The notes beneath the pieces are model-generated. The model worked only from the letters and a program-made list of their open reading frames with translations. It was not told the origin of the DNA and did not search any database. Of a stretch of DNA of 64,000 nt, positions 1 through 28,450 are shown piece after piece (position 1 is the first letter of the stretch; each line of letters opens with the position of its first letter). Made by a program: the position numbers and the translations under genes. Origin of the DNA: the human T2T-CHM13v2.0 reference genome, Homo sapiens; assembly GCF_009914755.1 (NCBI RefSeq), contig NC_060941.1. One strand, given 5' to 3'.

Positions 1-616
1 TAACTCATTAAAATGAGCATGAATACCATACCCTCAGGAGAAGCAGAGTTTTGAAACACAGTTAAGTGTTAGCAATTGTGTTCTGCTTTAAAAGAATTAT
101 AAAGGAAATACCATCATGTTGAATTTGTTGAATATGAAAGACAGGAAAAATTGTCATGTTTCCTGTTGCTCTTTTATAAACACTGGAAACAAATTTATTA
201 TACTAGTTGCATATGCTTTATAAATTTGATGACATTAGTCTTTTGATGAAAAAAATGTTAGAATAACAGAAGATACTTGGAACATGCTAGAAAAGGGACT
301 TTGTATGTAAATTTGTCTTTTTTTCTTAATATTATACTTTTGTTCTTCAAAAATTATTTACATTGCTGGATTAACCTTAAGGCCAACAAATGAAAACCAC
401 TATCTCGGCTGGCTGTGATAACTGCCTCCTCCAAATTTCTGTAGTATATATTGTCTGTAGTGCTTATTAGGCCTGGCTTTACACATGCTTTAAATTAGTT
501 AATTTGGCTGGTATGGTGGCTTTCTTCCCCAAATAATATTTAGGATCCTAAAAAATATTAAATATACCTTAAAAGTATTAGCATCATAGTAATCAGCATT
601 AAGTTTTGCACATAGG

Positions 617-2120
<1,504 letters not shown>

Positions 2121-2296
2121 TTGGTGAAAAAGATAGATTTTTTTAATTCCTGCTCTCCAGATTTTTATCATTAAACTTACATTTCTTAATATAAAAGCAC
2201 CTTGCTGCAGATTTGCTTGTGAGTTCACTTGACAAAATGTTTTTTCCCTACCTCACCTGACAAAACTTTTTAAAAGTACAAATTCAGAATTTTTGT

Positions 2297-2332
2297 CTTT
2301 GAATAAATCTTTGAATGAATCTTTGAATAAAA
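2297..2332. repeat. 12-bp tandem repeat x3 (tctttgaatraa)
   Basis: tctttgaataaa tctttgaatgaa tctttgaataaa read directly. Confidence 0.85.
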
Positions 2333-3059
2333 TTAGCACTCCAAGAAGATGCTGTGTTATCAGTTGGTTTGCATATTTTGTGCATATTAAACTCTTCTCT
2401 AGTTTAAGAAGGATTTAAGGGTAATAAATTTGTATGTAGTAGATGGTTTGGAGGAGAGCTTTCTGAATTATTGCTTGACTGTACATACCACTTATTTTGC
2501 AGTAAGGAAGCCAGTCATTCTCTCTCCTTAATTAAACTTAGGCTGACAGTTTTCAGTGTTCCACAATTTATGTTTTGTTTTGAATATAAACAAATGTAAA
2601 GAATTTTGTATCTTATACAAATATATATTTGAATTTTATAGAGAATCATAAAATTGTAAGGATTATGAAATGATGAGACTTCAGTATCTAATTTGAGATA
2701 AATAAATGTCTGTGTCTAGGGTATAATGTGTTTTGGGACACCTGCCTGGATGACTAAATTCCCTTGTTATTTATTTGCATAATAAGAGAGTACTGACTCA
2801 TGATTCCCATTGTTTCTTGCTAATATGGGAAAACACTAGGAGAATTAAACTAAAATATAACAGTAAATATAGTCAACTACGTATAAGACAGTATACAGCC
2901 CTTGATTTCATTTCAGTCCATTATGTTACTTCCTTCTTAACTTTTAGGAAATTTGTCATGAGCTTCAATCACATGATTGCTTTAAGAACTGTTGAACATT
3001 TGACTTAACATTTGAACTTAGGAGAAGTTCATGTTTTGAGTAAGATGTTACACTTTCTG

Positions 3060-6300
<3,241 letters not shown>

Positions 6301-6518
6301 TGTCTTAAGGGTTTTATGTGATGCTTGCCAAGCATCAGATAGGTCAGAATTAGAGCCAGGATTCAAACTTTTATTATTTTGATTATGTAGCATATGCTTT
6401 CCCCCAATATATTGCATCTCAAAATGCTTCTGGTGATATAGAAGAGTATGGGTTTGATCTATTAAGTGTCACTGTTGATAACAGAACCTCATTGTAAGTA
6501 TTTTGGTTTTTCACCTAG

Positions 6519-6650
6519 GGTATCGGTACAGCAATCGGAGAGCTGCCTCCATATTTCATGGCCAGAGCAGCTCGCCTCTCAGGTGCTGAACCAGATGATG
6601 AAGAGTATCAGGAATTTGAAGAGATGCTGGAACATGCAGAGTCTGCACAA
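6519..6650 (+). CDS. VMP1: VMP1 coding exon (exon 7, 132 nt, phase 0-0): [44 protein letters not shown]
   Basis: Acceptor ttttcacctag|GGT and donor CAA|gtaaga. The translation is recognisable VMP1 ([10 protein letters not shown] motif). Exon number is from recalled gene structure. Confidence 0.97.
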
Positions 6651-7439
6651 GTAAGAACAGTGGGGATAGAAAATAGAACACTTTACTTCTTCCTAAAGAG
6701 GCTATTAAGGTAAAATTGTTAGTAGTTACTCTGAAGAAGAAAACTGCTAAAGTAAAAAAAAAAAAAAGAAAGAAAAATATTGCTTGAGATAGAATATTTA
6801 GAAAGGTCAAAATATAAAAGATAATCTTGATCTTAGAATAGAAAAATGCAATAAGACAACTCTTAATACACTAAAACACCTTGTCAGAAACCAGGGTAAA
6901 TTAATGTTGCCAATGATGTTAAGGAGCTGAAACTTACTTTCTCCATTATTTGTTTAGAGGTATTACCAAGCAGACTGCTGCTCTGAGTCCAAAATAATAG
7001 AACTTCTGAATTAATTGTTAAACATAACATCAAAGGACAGATGTGGTGGCTCACTCCTGTAATCCCAGCACTTTGAGAACCCGAGGCAGGAGGATTGCAT
7101 AAGCGCAGGAGTTTGAGGCTGCAAGTGAGCTATGATCATCCCACTGTACTCTGGCCTAAGCAACAGGCCCTCTCTCTAAAAAAAAAAAAGAAAGAAAGAA
7201 ATCTTATTTTATGGCTATATCTATAGTGGCCCTTTCCTCCCTTGAAAGCAGCTTCATTCTGTATTCCACATAGTGTGCAGAGCTGCTGAAATGTTTGCTA
7301 GGGAAATACATGAATTATATCAAATTCTTAAGTAGTTACTAAAACTTTAAACTAGTAAGCAATATGTAGTAGTATATATGACAATAGTAATAGTAGAACT
7401 TTTTCTTTCTTTGCTTCTTTCTTCCTTTTCTTTGTTTTG

Positions 7440-8391
<952 letters not shown>

Positions 8392-8805
8392 TGAATAATA
8401 TTTAACAGTTCAAACTATTCAGCAGTTCAGACTTGCCTTTGCCTCAGTCAGATTAATGAATGCCCTGGAGTATTCTAGACAGTGTCCTCAAGATGAGCAA
8501 GGTAAACTTTCAAAACAGAAAAATATTAAATGCTAGGCCTAGGCAAGCAGTAACATAATTGGTTGAGGCTTTTTGACCTAATCACAATCTGTGTATCAGC
8601 CTCTATCTCCGTTATCTCAACAGAGTGTTTTGTTTTCAGGAAAATTCCTAAAAACCTTGTTGAAAGATTGAATCTCCATCTTCAAGTCAGATAGGCTTTT
8701 TAAAAATGCATTATTACCGAGAACTTTGGGAGGCTGAAACAGGAGGATTGCTTGAGGCCAGAAATTCAAGACCGGCCTGGGCAACATGGCAAGATCTCAT
8801 CTCTA

Positions 8806-8985
<180 letters not shown>

Positions 8986-10213
8986 TTATGAAATAAAATT
9001 CAACCAAGTATGGTTATAGTTTTTAATTAAATACAAAACTTTCAAATATGAATTTAGAATAGCCAAATATAAACCAAATGAAATAAAGAGCCATGAACAT
9101 CTGCTCTTTGTGGAAAGAGCAAATTGCCCTGGTATCTGCTTTGCCTTATCTGCCAACCAAATATTATGCCTCTCATGACATCATAATGCTTATATTAATG
9201 CTAATAATTATTACAAATATAAACTTTTAAAATTATTTTTAACATTTTAAAAATCCAGTATTTAATATGACCCTTGTGTTAACTCTGAGGGAGTTTGGAA
9301 AGGTACCATTCTTCTAACTTTATAGAAAACAGTAGATTTAGTTGTTACTTCCCAAATTTCACATACTTATAGGTAGAACAAAAACTCAGAATGCCAGCAT
9401 TACTGGTATATTCCGATTACTGAAACCAGTCTGTCCACAGAAGCAGATGGGTGAGACTTGTGACAACTGATAGTTCTTTGAGTTATGGCACTAACTAATG
9501 TATGTCATTTAACATCTCTAAAATTCTTTTTTTATCTATATGAAATCAGCAAGTTGAAGTGGAATAAATATAAGGTGGCTTGCAGCTATACATTTTTTTG
9601 CTATGACTTGGATTCCAAATGGGTATGAGAGTTGTTCTCTCATAAGTCAACTAATGTACTATGATTATTTCTCCTTTTGTTTTTAAACCTTTTTTTCTTA
9701 GAATTAACATTTTCAAATTTGCATAGTCTTTACATCTCTGGCTTGCCTTCTCTCCCCTCCAACAGCCCTGTAAAAACATCTCATGATACCACTTTCCACT
9801 CGGTAACACAAATAAAATTATATCAATTCCATTTTTTTTCATGAAGTCATCTCTCTGGAGCCCTCCATGCTCCCACTCCATTCTGGACTTGCTGTTCAGT
9901 TGCCCTTCTGCACAGTTGCTTCTGTCTTGGTTTAGATTTCTTGTCTTCCTCTTTCTTAATTTACACCTTCGTTTTGCTTGAACATATTCTGCTGTAGCTT
10001 TCTGTGAAAGGGTGAGTAAATGGAAAATGTGATACCATACATTCTAAACTAGCATGTTCTTCATTCACAATTAATTAACTGAATATAGGATTGTGGGTTG
10101 AAAATCACTTTTTATACTTAGAATTTGGAAGGCATTGTTCAATTGTCTTCAAGTTTCTGTAATTGGTATCCAGAGGACTGATGCCCTTCTGAGTCCTCTT
10201 TATAAGCAGTCTA

Positions 10214-10692
<479 letters not shown>

Positions 10693-11021
10693 TTATGTGA
10701 GTTTTCCCTCTTTAGTCTCTGTTCTTGCTTCCTGGAATTCTAGTTGCTTCAATGTTAGGCCTCCTATGCCCATCCTTTTAATTTTTTAAACCTTTTTGCT
10801 TCTAATATTTATCTCATTTTACTATCTATGAGATTTCCCAAGTTTATCTTCTAAGTCTTATATCGAAATGTTTTTCTGCTGTTAACATATTTATTTTCAA
10901 AAAGCAATTTGTATGTATTTTTCAGGCATCGTCTTTTCTGTTTGTTCAATTTGGAGTTCGAGGCTTTCCTCAAAGCCTGATAATCCTTATTTGTATGTTT
11001 ATATAAGAATAAGGCACTTAA

Positions 11022-11328
<307 letters not shown>

Positions 11329-11519
11329 TTAAAAGCTAAGTGGAAGCTATGTGCGTACAGGCCAGGTGTAGTGATGGTGAGGCTTCCCTATTGTACAGTC
11401 AAGTGGCATCCAGGCTTAATATTTACTGAGAACCTCCATGTATCAGTGTCTATTGATCTTTTCTTGGGGATAGTTCAGTTTCTCCATGATGGATCCTTCA
11501 ATTTCTTGCCTAGGCAATG

Positions 11520-11922
11520 CAGACAGTCCCTAACTTACAGTGGTTTGACTTATGATTGTTCACCTTTACAATGGTATGAAATTGATACACATTCAGTACA
11601 AACCATAGGTCGAATTTTGGATTTTGATCTTTTCCCCAGCCAGCGATATGTGGTACCATACTCTCACACAATGCCAAGTAGCAGCAGTGAGCCACAGCTC
11701 CCAGTCAGCCAGGTGATCATGAGGGTAAACGTCCATACTCTGCAGTGTACTGTAATTTTGCCCAACTATGGGCTAATGTAAGTCTTCTGAGCATGTCTAA
11801 GGGAGGCTAGGCTAAGCTATGATGTTTGGTAGGTTAGATGTATTCAATGCATTTTTGATTTACGATATATTCAGTACGAAGGGGTTAAGACACGTCACCC
11901 GTTGTAAGTCAAGGAACATCTG
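11520..11922 (-). mobile_element. MER47-type (Tigger5-derived, TcMar) non-autonomous DNA transposon inserted in older L1M sequence
   Basis: TIRs cagacagtccctaacttaca / tgtaagtcaaggaacatctg with TA at the right flank; internal ggctaggctaagctatgatgtttggtagg is typical of MER47. Confidence 0.8.
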
Positions 11923-12399
11923 TATCAGCCTTGCTGCTGACACACTAAAGCTAGACTGGGGAAGAGTGGTTAGAGATCTCCATTTAGTATGTGGACTGTT
12001 GCTCAACTCACTTTCTGTTCTATCTGTGAATACCTACACAAACACAAGCACAAGTATGTCCTGAGCCCAGAACATTCACTTTTGTCTAGAGACTATGTCT
12101 CCCACTGATATGGGAGAGAGACTTGCCTGGCTGTGCTGAGTAGGGATGGGACCTGGGAGTCTTTTGCATTCTCCTTGTTTTCAGACCTATGCCAGCCTCT
12201 TCTGGCAGTTCTGCTGAAGAGCTCTTTTGGAGTTTTGTGGGGCAAAGTATTTTGCTTCTCTTACATATCCCTCACCTGTACGCTCTCAGGTATAATCTTT
12301 TCTTCTGTTTGTCCTGTCCTCATTTATTAATGCTAACTTCATCAAAGATTGAGTTCTCATTTCTGTTTTCTATGTTTTGGGGTTATTTTTAGAACAAAG

Positions 12400-12490
12400 A
12401 GTATTCCAGTTGTGTATTACTGAGTAACAAATCACCCCAACATTTAGTGGTTTAAACTAAGAAAAGTCATTCGTATTGCTCACAGAGTGC
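12400..12490. mobile_element. MLT1-like (MaLR) LTR fragment
   Basis: gtaacaaatcaccccaacatttagtggtttaaac resembles the MLT1 LTR terminus. Confidence 0.55.
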
Positions 12491-13011
12491 AGTGAGTGCC
12501 TTGTTTCTGTGTGATATCTCTCAAGGATCCCATCCATAGCACACCCTACATTGGCTAGAATATCAGAGTAGAAGACTTATTTCATTCTTTGCAGGGTTTT
12601 GATTTTGGAATTTTAAAGAATGAATTTCATAAGCTTATTGCCATCTAAAAGCTCAGTTCCTAAAACTAAGATCTTCTAGAATTTGATGAAGAATTCTTTA
12701 TTTTATCCATGTAATTTGAGCTCTTGAAGACTTTGACCATTTCTTTTCTCAGTCTTTATCTATCTACTGTTGGGGTAATAATCTTTTTCTTTCATCTCTT
12801 ATGTCCCTGATTAGTTACTTTTTGAGGGGATCTTCTCTGATACCACTTTTTCTTTGAGTCGTGGAAACCAGAATGCACACAATACTTCTGTTGGTTATGA
12901 GGTTTGGCTATTTTCATCCTGTAAAGCCAATAATTAAAATCACTATTTTAAGATAAACTGTACATTTCTCAGTACCTAATTTCATATTTGCTTATTTATA
13001 TTGAAAAATCA

Positions 13012-13203
<192 letters not shown>

Positions 13204-14589
13204 TTAGCTGGGCATGGTAGTAGTACGGTGCTTACCATATCATACTGTAGCAATATTTTCATCCAGGTTAATGCAATAAAAAGTGAAGAACTAGTTTTTT
13301 CCTCCTATATTGGATTTTTCGTGTTGTTTGTTTTTGTTTTTGTTTTTTGTTTTTTGTTTTTTTTGAGACAGAGTTTCACTCTTGTTGCCCAGGCTGGAAT
13401 GTAGTGGCGCCATCTCAGCTGACTGCAACCTCTGCCTCCTGGGTTAAAGCAACTCTCTTGCCTCAGCCTCACAAGTAGCTGGGATTATAGGCGTCCACCA
13501 CCACGCCTGGCTAATTTTTTGTATTTTCAGTAGAGATGGGATTTCACCATGTTGGCCAGGCTGGTCTCGAACTACTGACCTCAGGTGATCCACCCGCCTG
13601 GGCCTCCCAGAGTGCTGGGATTACAGGTGTGAGCCCCTGTGCCCAGCCTGATTTTTCTTTTCTTCATTCCTTTTCATGATTTTTTCACCAGTTTCCATCA
13701 ATTTTGTGGCTTATGATAGATTTCAGTGGATGTGGATATAATTTTCCTTACATACTTTTTCCCAGTTTCAGATTAGGTGTATAAGATTTTTAATTTTTAT
13801 TTGTTTATAGTTGTTTTGCAGTTGAAGGGGTGAGGGAGAACAAGTGGAAAGAGACTGTTGCCGGTTTTCCATGTTATAAATTATCTGAGAGAGTACTAAT
13901 GTTTTAATTCTTGTTCAAAGGAGAGTTTCTTGCTATGGCTTGGCAAAGAGAAGATTTTTAATGCTTTCAATCATGAATTTGTTTTAGGCCCTTTGCTTAT
14001 TTTATGTTTTACAGATCTGCATATTTTTTAATTATACAAGTAATTTTAGTAATAAGATTCTTACATTCCAAAAGTATTATAAAGTAAAAAGTGAAAGCTC
14101 ACACACCTTCTCCCCAGTGTAGGGTAATAATCACTGTATTCCAGACTGCTTTCTTTGCATACATAACTTTTTATAAAAATTAGAATCATACCATAAATTT
14201 TAGTCACAAGTTCCTTTTTCACAGTATCATAGACATGTGATACCAATGTTATTATAAAATTATTTTTTATTACGAAGTGATACATCTCATTGTAGAAAAT
14301 TGGTGAGTGCCCTTTAGTCTTTTCTCTATAAATATTTATATACCTAAGAGTGAAATCATATTGTTTGTTGTTTTGTGACTTGATTTGAATCTAAAAACGT
14401 GAACATTTTTCCACGCCATCAAATATTTTCACATCTTTGCTATAACGGGTTTTTTTCTTACTACAAAGTAAGTTTATTATAATGAAATGCTGAAAATACA
14501 AATAAAGAAGAAATAGAATGTTCATCTAACAGGTGCATATATCTTTTTTATGATATATTTTTCATTTTCTTACTGGTTTACATATTTAA

Positions 14590-15006
<417 letters not shown>

Positions 15007-15680
15007 TAAGTCTTTAATCTATGAAAATATTTTTACATATGATATGATGTAGGAATCTAACTTTTTTCTTTCTTAGGTAATTAACTAATTGTATATTGTT
15101 CCAATACTATTTTCCAAGTGATTTTAATATGTTAGTTTTGTCTTATATTTTGTTGTTCTAATTTGCATCTTTTTTCCTATTATATTTTTATAAATGTTAG
15201 AAATGGTATATTAAAAAGATACTGGGTTCTTATTTGCTAAGCTATAACTTTACTGACATCTTTCTAGTCACATCTTATTGGTTATGATTTACAAATTCTT
15301 ATAGTAATCAGTTTAGCAAAGATTCAAAGTTTATCTGACTTTGTTGCTGGGATCTGCTCGTAGATAACATGTATTTGGTAAAACCTCCAATTTGATAGAA
15401 GCAATAAAATACGGAAAAGTTGAATCAACTGTAGCTAAAACGGCAAATTAAGTAAAATCAATCCGTAACTATGAGTGGAAATTTAAATTTTAAGATTGCA
15501 TGAGAATGAGTTAGAAAATATGGGTTTTTATTTTTGAAGGTAAAGCCCTTTAGTAGATAAGTTTATCAGCCAAAAAAGTAAAAACAAACAAACAAAAAAA
15601 ACCACTTGGCTTTCATTGCTTTGCCATGTGCTTTCCAACTAGGTTAAATGGTGTATGTGATTTTACTAAGAAATTGTTGT

Positions 15681-15970
15681 GGCCGGGCGCGATGGCTCAC
15701 ACCTGTAATCCCAACACGCCCAAGGCAGGCGGATCACGAGGTCAGGACATCGAGACCATCCTGGCTGACATGGTGAAACCCCGTCTCCACTAAAAAATAC
15801 AAAAAGTTAGCCGGGCGTGGTGGCGGGCGCCTCTAGTCCCAGCTACTCCGGAGGCTGAGGCAGGAGAATGGCATGAACCTGGGAGGTGGAGCTAGCAGTG
15901 AGTCAAGATCGCGCCACTGCAATCCAGCCTGGGCGACAGAGCGAGACTCTGTCTCAAAAAAACAAAAAGA
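15681..15970 (+). mobile_element. AluY with small internal deletion
   Basis: CpG-rich with AluY diagnostics; TSD aagaaattgttgt. Confidence 0.9.
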
Positions 15971-16379
15971 AATTGTTGTTATGAAACAATTTTATTTACT
16001 TAAATTCCATTCTTGACTAATGGTTGGATGTCGTACTATAGATGTTTTAAGGGGGAAAAAAGATGATTAAAGCATTTATTTGTATTCTGATTTATTATGA
16101 TACCTGCTGTATTTTTGTGAGTACAATGTTGAGATTAGGCAGTATTTTTCCACTAAGCTGACTTCCTTTTGCTCTTGGCTTTCTATCGTGTTTCCACTAG
16201 ATGTCTGTGAGAGGTACACATGAATGAATGTAGCTTCCTCTGACCTTGAGCAATTTTAGCATCATTAATAAAAGTTAGGTCTAGATAGCTGTTTATGTGC
16301 TTTGTGGACTGTTTTATGCAAGGTTTAATTATTCTCTTTATGATCTTCTTTTCCTTCTTTGTTCCTGTGTTCTGTTAAT

Positions 16380-16853
16380 GCTATCACCATCCTAACAATC
16401 GCTTTGGGTCAAAATCTGAGTCATCTGACTCCCTCCTTTCCTCCCATCCCCAGTAATTAATTCTTTAAGGCCTGTTGATTCTATCTCCATAGTATCTTAC
16501 ATGCCCTCTCTTCTCCCTTCCCGCTACTGTTTCAGGCCTTTATCAACCCTTACCTAAATATTGCCAGCAGCTTGCTAGTAGGTCTACTCTTTACTAGTTT
16601 TTTATCCCAATCTTTTCCCACACAAAGTAACAAAAATAATTTTCTGAAAAATATCTCTACTTATGAAACATTGCTGCTCAAAAATCTGTGATGCCTCCCA
16701 CTGTGTATAGAGTGAAATCTAAACTATTTAACCCAGTTTTCTTCATTACTTGGCCCCAACCTACGACTACTTCTGATTTCCCTTTAACAGTTTTTTATCC
16801 TCTGTATTGATGGTTTTCAAGTTGAACTTTAAAAAACTGCCAGAATACCCATC

Positions 16854-16924
<71 letters not shown>

Positions 16925-17420
16925 TTGGAGGGAGGAAGGGAGAGGGAGAGAGATTTCTTTTAATTAAAGAACTCTGAAGTTTTTAAGTTTAAAAATTACT
17001 AGCCTGATCATTTGGAATAATTTAACTTTTTCCTCCACCACTATGCGGTATTGTTCTTTTTCGTAACTTTGCCTAGTGTGTCATTTCTTCCCATCTGCAT
17101 GTCTACTTTTTCAGTTTTCTTACCTTTCAATTTATGTGCTGCTGGCTTCTTTGTGAACTATTTTATGATTCCCTTCCTACCCCTACCTCACCCCCTTCAC
17201 TCCTCTCAAATTGTCTCTGAATTCCTATCTCAGCCCAGCTATGTCTTTCTTGTGTCACTTATCACATTCTACCTTCTTTTAAAACTATTTATAGACTTTT
17301 CTTATCTCTCCAGGAGTCTAAACTCCTTAAGAAGGGGGCTTAAAAATGTTTGTATTTTCAACAATGCCTGCCTACTGTTACACATACTACTCATGCAGTG
17401 GATACTTTGAATAGATGATG
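16380..17420 (+). mobile_element. L2 3' fragment, interrupted by a microsatellite region
   Basis: Pyrimidine-rich L2-like text (gagtcatctgactccctcc, cctgttgattctatctcc, gtgaaatctaaact). Confidence 0.65.
16861..16924. repeat. Compound microsatellite (GT)23(GA)9
   Basis: Counted directly. Confidence 0.97.
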
Positions 17421-18220
17421 AAATAACAGTAAGAAAAAGTGTAGCATTACATGAAACATGTCCATTAATATTCAGTCTTATTTTGCTGTAAAATGTAATT
17501 GAACAACAGTAATTTTACAAAGAAAGGAAGATTTAACTGTATTGCATCTTTGAGTTTAATAGTCATCTGAGAGCAATTGTCATCTGAAGATAATATAAAA
17601 GACACCAAGTTAAATGACTTGCAAATTTTTTTACTTTTTAAAATTTTTTTATTTTTTTAGACTTGCAAATTTTAATTCACATTGAGTAAAACAACTTTTG
17701 TAAAATTATATACTTTAGAAACAAATGAAGATTCTTGTGACTTGTTTATTCTATAAGCTGTATAACCAAAAAGAAAAATTAAAGATACTTTAGGAATAAA
17801 ATAATTTGAAAAATAAAAGAACTTATTTGCATGATGTATCCTGAAAAATTAGGGCAGCCAGTATTACTGAAATAATGGAGGAGTCCGGGAGTGGTTGTGG
17901 TATTTTTGTATTTAAAGCTTACACAATAGAGTAGAAACGTTGTGGTACATATTTACTTACAAGAATATGTTTTGAATAAGTTTACTTTCCTAAATGCCAT
18001 CTGTTTTAATGACCTGCTACTTGGATTCTTTCTCACAGTGTTAGGTTGCTGACTATGTGAAATTTCCTACTTCTTATTATTGCTATCAGAATAGGAAATT
18101 TAAAATTAAATCAGAAATGTAAAAGTCTTAAAACTTCACCTTTTCAAAGAATATCGGGGCCTGGCATGATGACTCATGCCTGTAATCCCAGCACTTTGGG
18201 AGGCCAAGGCAGGTGGATCA

Positions 18221-18487
<267 letters not shown>

Positions 18488-19029
18488 TCAGTTTTTTTCC
18501 TCTATTTTCATATCAATTAGCTTGTCTTTCTGTTGAGTATCGTTCATGAGTCTGCCGACCATTTTAGGTTGAATATTTCCTCAAAGGCTATTTTATAGTT
18601 TCTGAATTTAATCTTTTTTTAAGGGAACATTTTTAGGTTCTATTTAGGACTATAGTAATTAATGTAATTAATAATCAATAATTGCTACCTACTCTGTATG
18701 TTGAAGCTAAATCCCCAAATTAAGTTTTAATACTAGTATCTTTTACCTTACTAATTTCTATTAAATTTAAGGCTGAAAAAAATCTTATTTTTTAGCTTAA
18801 TAGGATCTTTGTCCTATTCAGAAGTTTTGAGTTATTTACATTATTTTACTAGTGAAAATATAAAACCAAAAAACAGTTTATTAGTTGTAATGGTAGTTCT
18901 CATTCTTATGGCCAATGCCTTTTTTTTAATGCAGTAAAACAAAATAGACATTTATCTAGCGAACATCCCTTTTCAAACTATAGGGTCAAAGTGAAGGATT
19001 CTTTTGATAATGATAGAATATGTGTTTGA

Positions 19030-20280
19030 TCATTTGAGTTTAAAGACTATGGGAAAGGAATTGATAAGATTATTTAAATACTCACGAAAGTGCTTTGGCA
19101 TTCCACTAATGCTATTCTCTTTTAAGCACATTTTCCTATGAAGTGTGTGCGGTTGCAGTTGCCTACACCATGTCAATGCCTGCTGGTTTTTCCTGCTGTG
19201 AAGTTTTTCCTTTACATACACAGATTCATGAAAGAGTTTATGGTGTAGATGATCTGAAACTAAACAGGACACATTTTCATACACTTTAGTACCATTTGAA
19301 GACTCTGGGTGTCAGTTGTTGCTGGGACCTGTTTTTGACTCTGATGAACCTTTACTGGTTGTGGTTTGTCTGGCCATCACATGACTTCTCTGAAAATTCC
19401 CCCTCCCCTTCATTTCCAGTAAACTGTTTGAGCAGGAGTGAGTCACAGTGAAACCAGCTTCCCTGTAACCACAGGGCTTGTTAAAGAATTTGTCAGCGTG
19501 GACTCTAGAGGGTTTGCATTAAGCTTTGCAGTAACTGTTATGGTTTGTGTTGCGTCAGGAGTTCCACAGAAAAGCTTCCTGCTTGCAGGATCTCTTGCTT
19601 GTTTGCAAAGAGTTAAACTGATCAACTTTACCATAGTGAACATGAGAGACACATGTTAAACACACTTCTTTATCATTAAAGGCGTTGTCAAAACTACCAA
19701 GAATTAGTGTAGTTTCTCTTTTCATAATCAACCAACCACACCCAATAATGTTTAGTTTTTGAAAAGGCGGGCCTGGTAGATAGTCTTTCACAGTTGGCTC
19801 ATGATTTTATCACAAAGTACCATCAAAATTAAGCAATTTTAAGTGGTCTTGATGGATTCTGTTACAGGATATTTTGACTATTCGCACAGTTAGGTGTCGG
19901 TACCAAAGGTCACTTACTTGCACTTTGTTCATCAAGAAAAGGTAGCACTTAGAGTAATTCTGGAGTTGTGATGTCTAAGCACACTTAGCATGATTTATAG
20001 TGGAATTCTTCGTGCCCCCTTTTACTTGCTTTCTCTAGAAGCATTTACTTTATTTTGAACTCTTTTGCCACCTCACTCGCAGACTTTAATCTTTCTCCCT
20101 TTTAATTTCTTCTATTTCTTTAACTCATTCCCATATTATCAACAAGGAAAGATAGTTGCAATGTGATGCAAGCTGTTAAATGAATGGCCAGTGGGAAACT
20201 TGTCTTCTCAACATACATTCCCAAGTGCATTTCTTTTTACATGCGCATTTCTGTATTTAGCCTTGTCACCTTTAGCTAGA
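19030..20280. promoter_or_regulatory. Candidate intronic enhancer (no recognisable repeat, motif dense)
   Basis: AP-1 TGAGTCA 19439; RUNX cores 19148, 19360, 19467, 19734; TEAD CATTCCA 19099; kB-like GAAAATTCCCC 19392; M-box TCACATGAC 19377; AAAGGTCA 19905; TGATGCAA 20164. Confidence 0.65.
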
Positions 20281-20305
20281 CTTACTTATCTAAAAAATAA
20301 ATTTA

Positions 20306-28450
<8,145 letters not shown>

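Noticed and set aside
11371-11781. 136-aa ORF as a possible transposase
   Set aside because: Overlaps a non-autonomous MER47 element and shows no transposase motifs.
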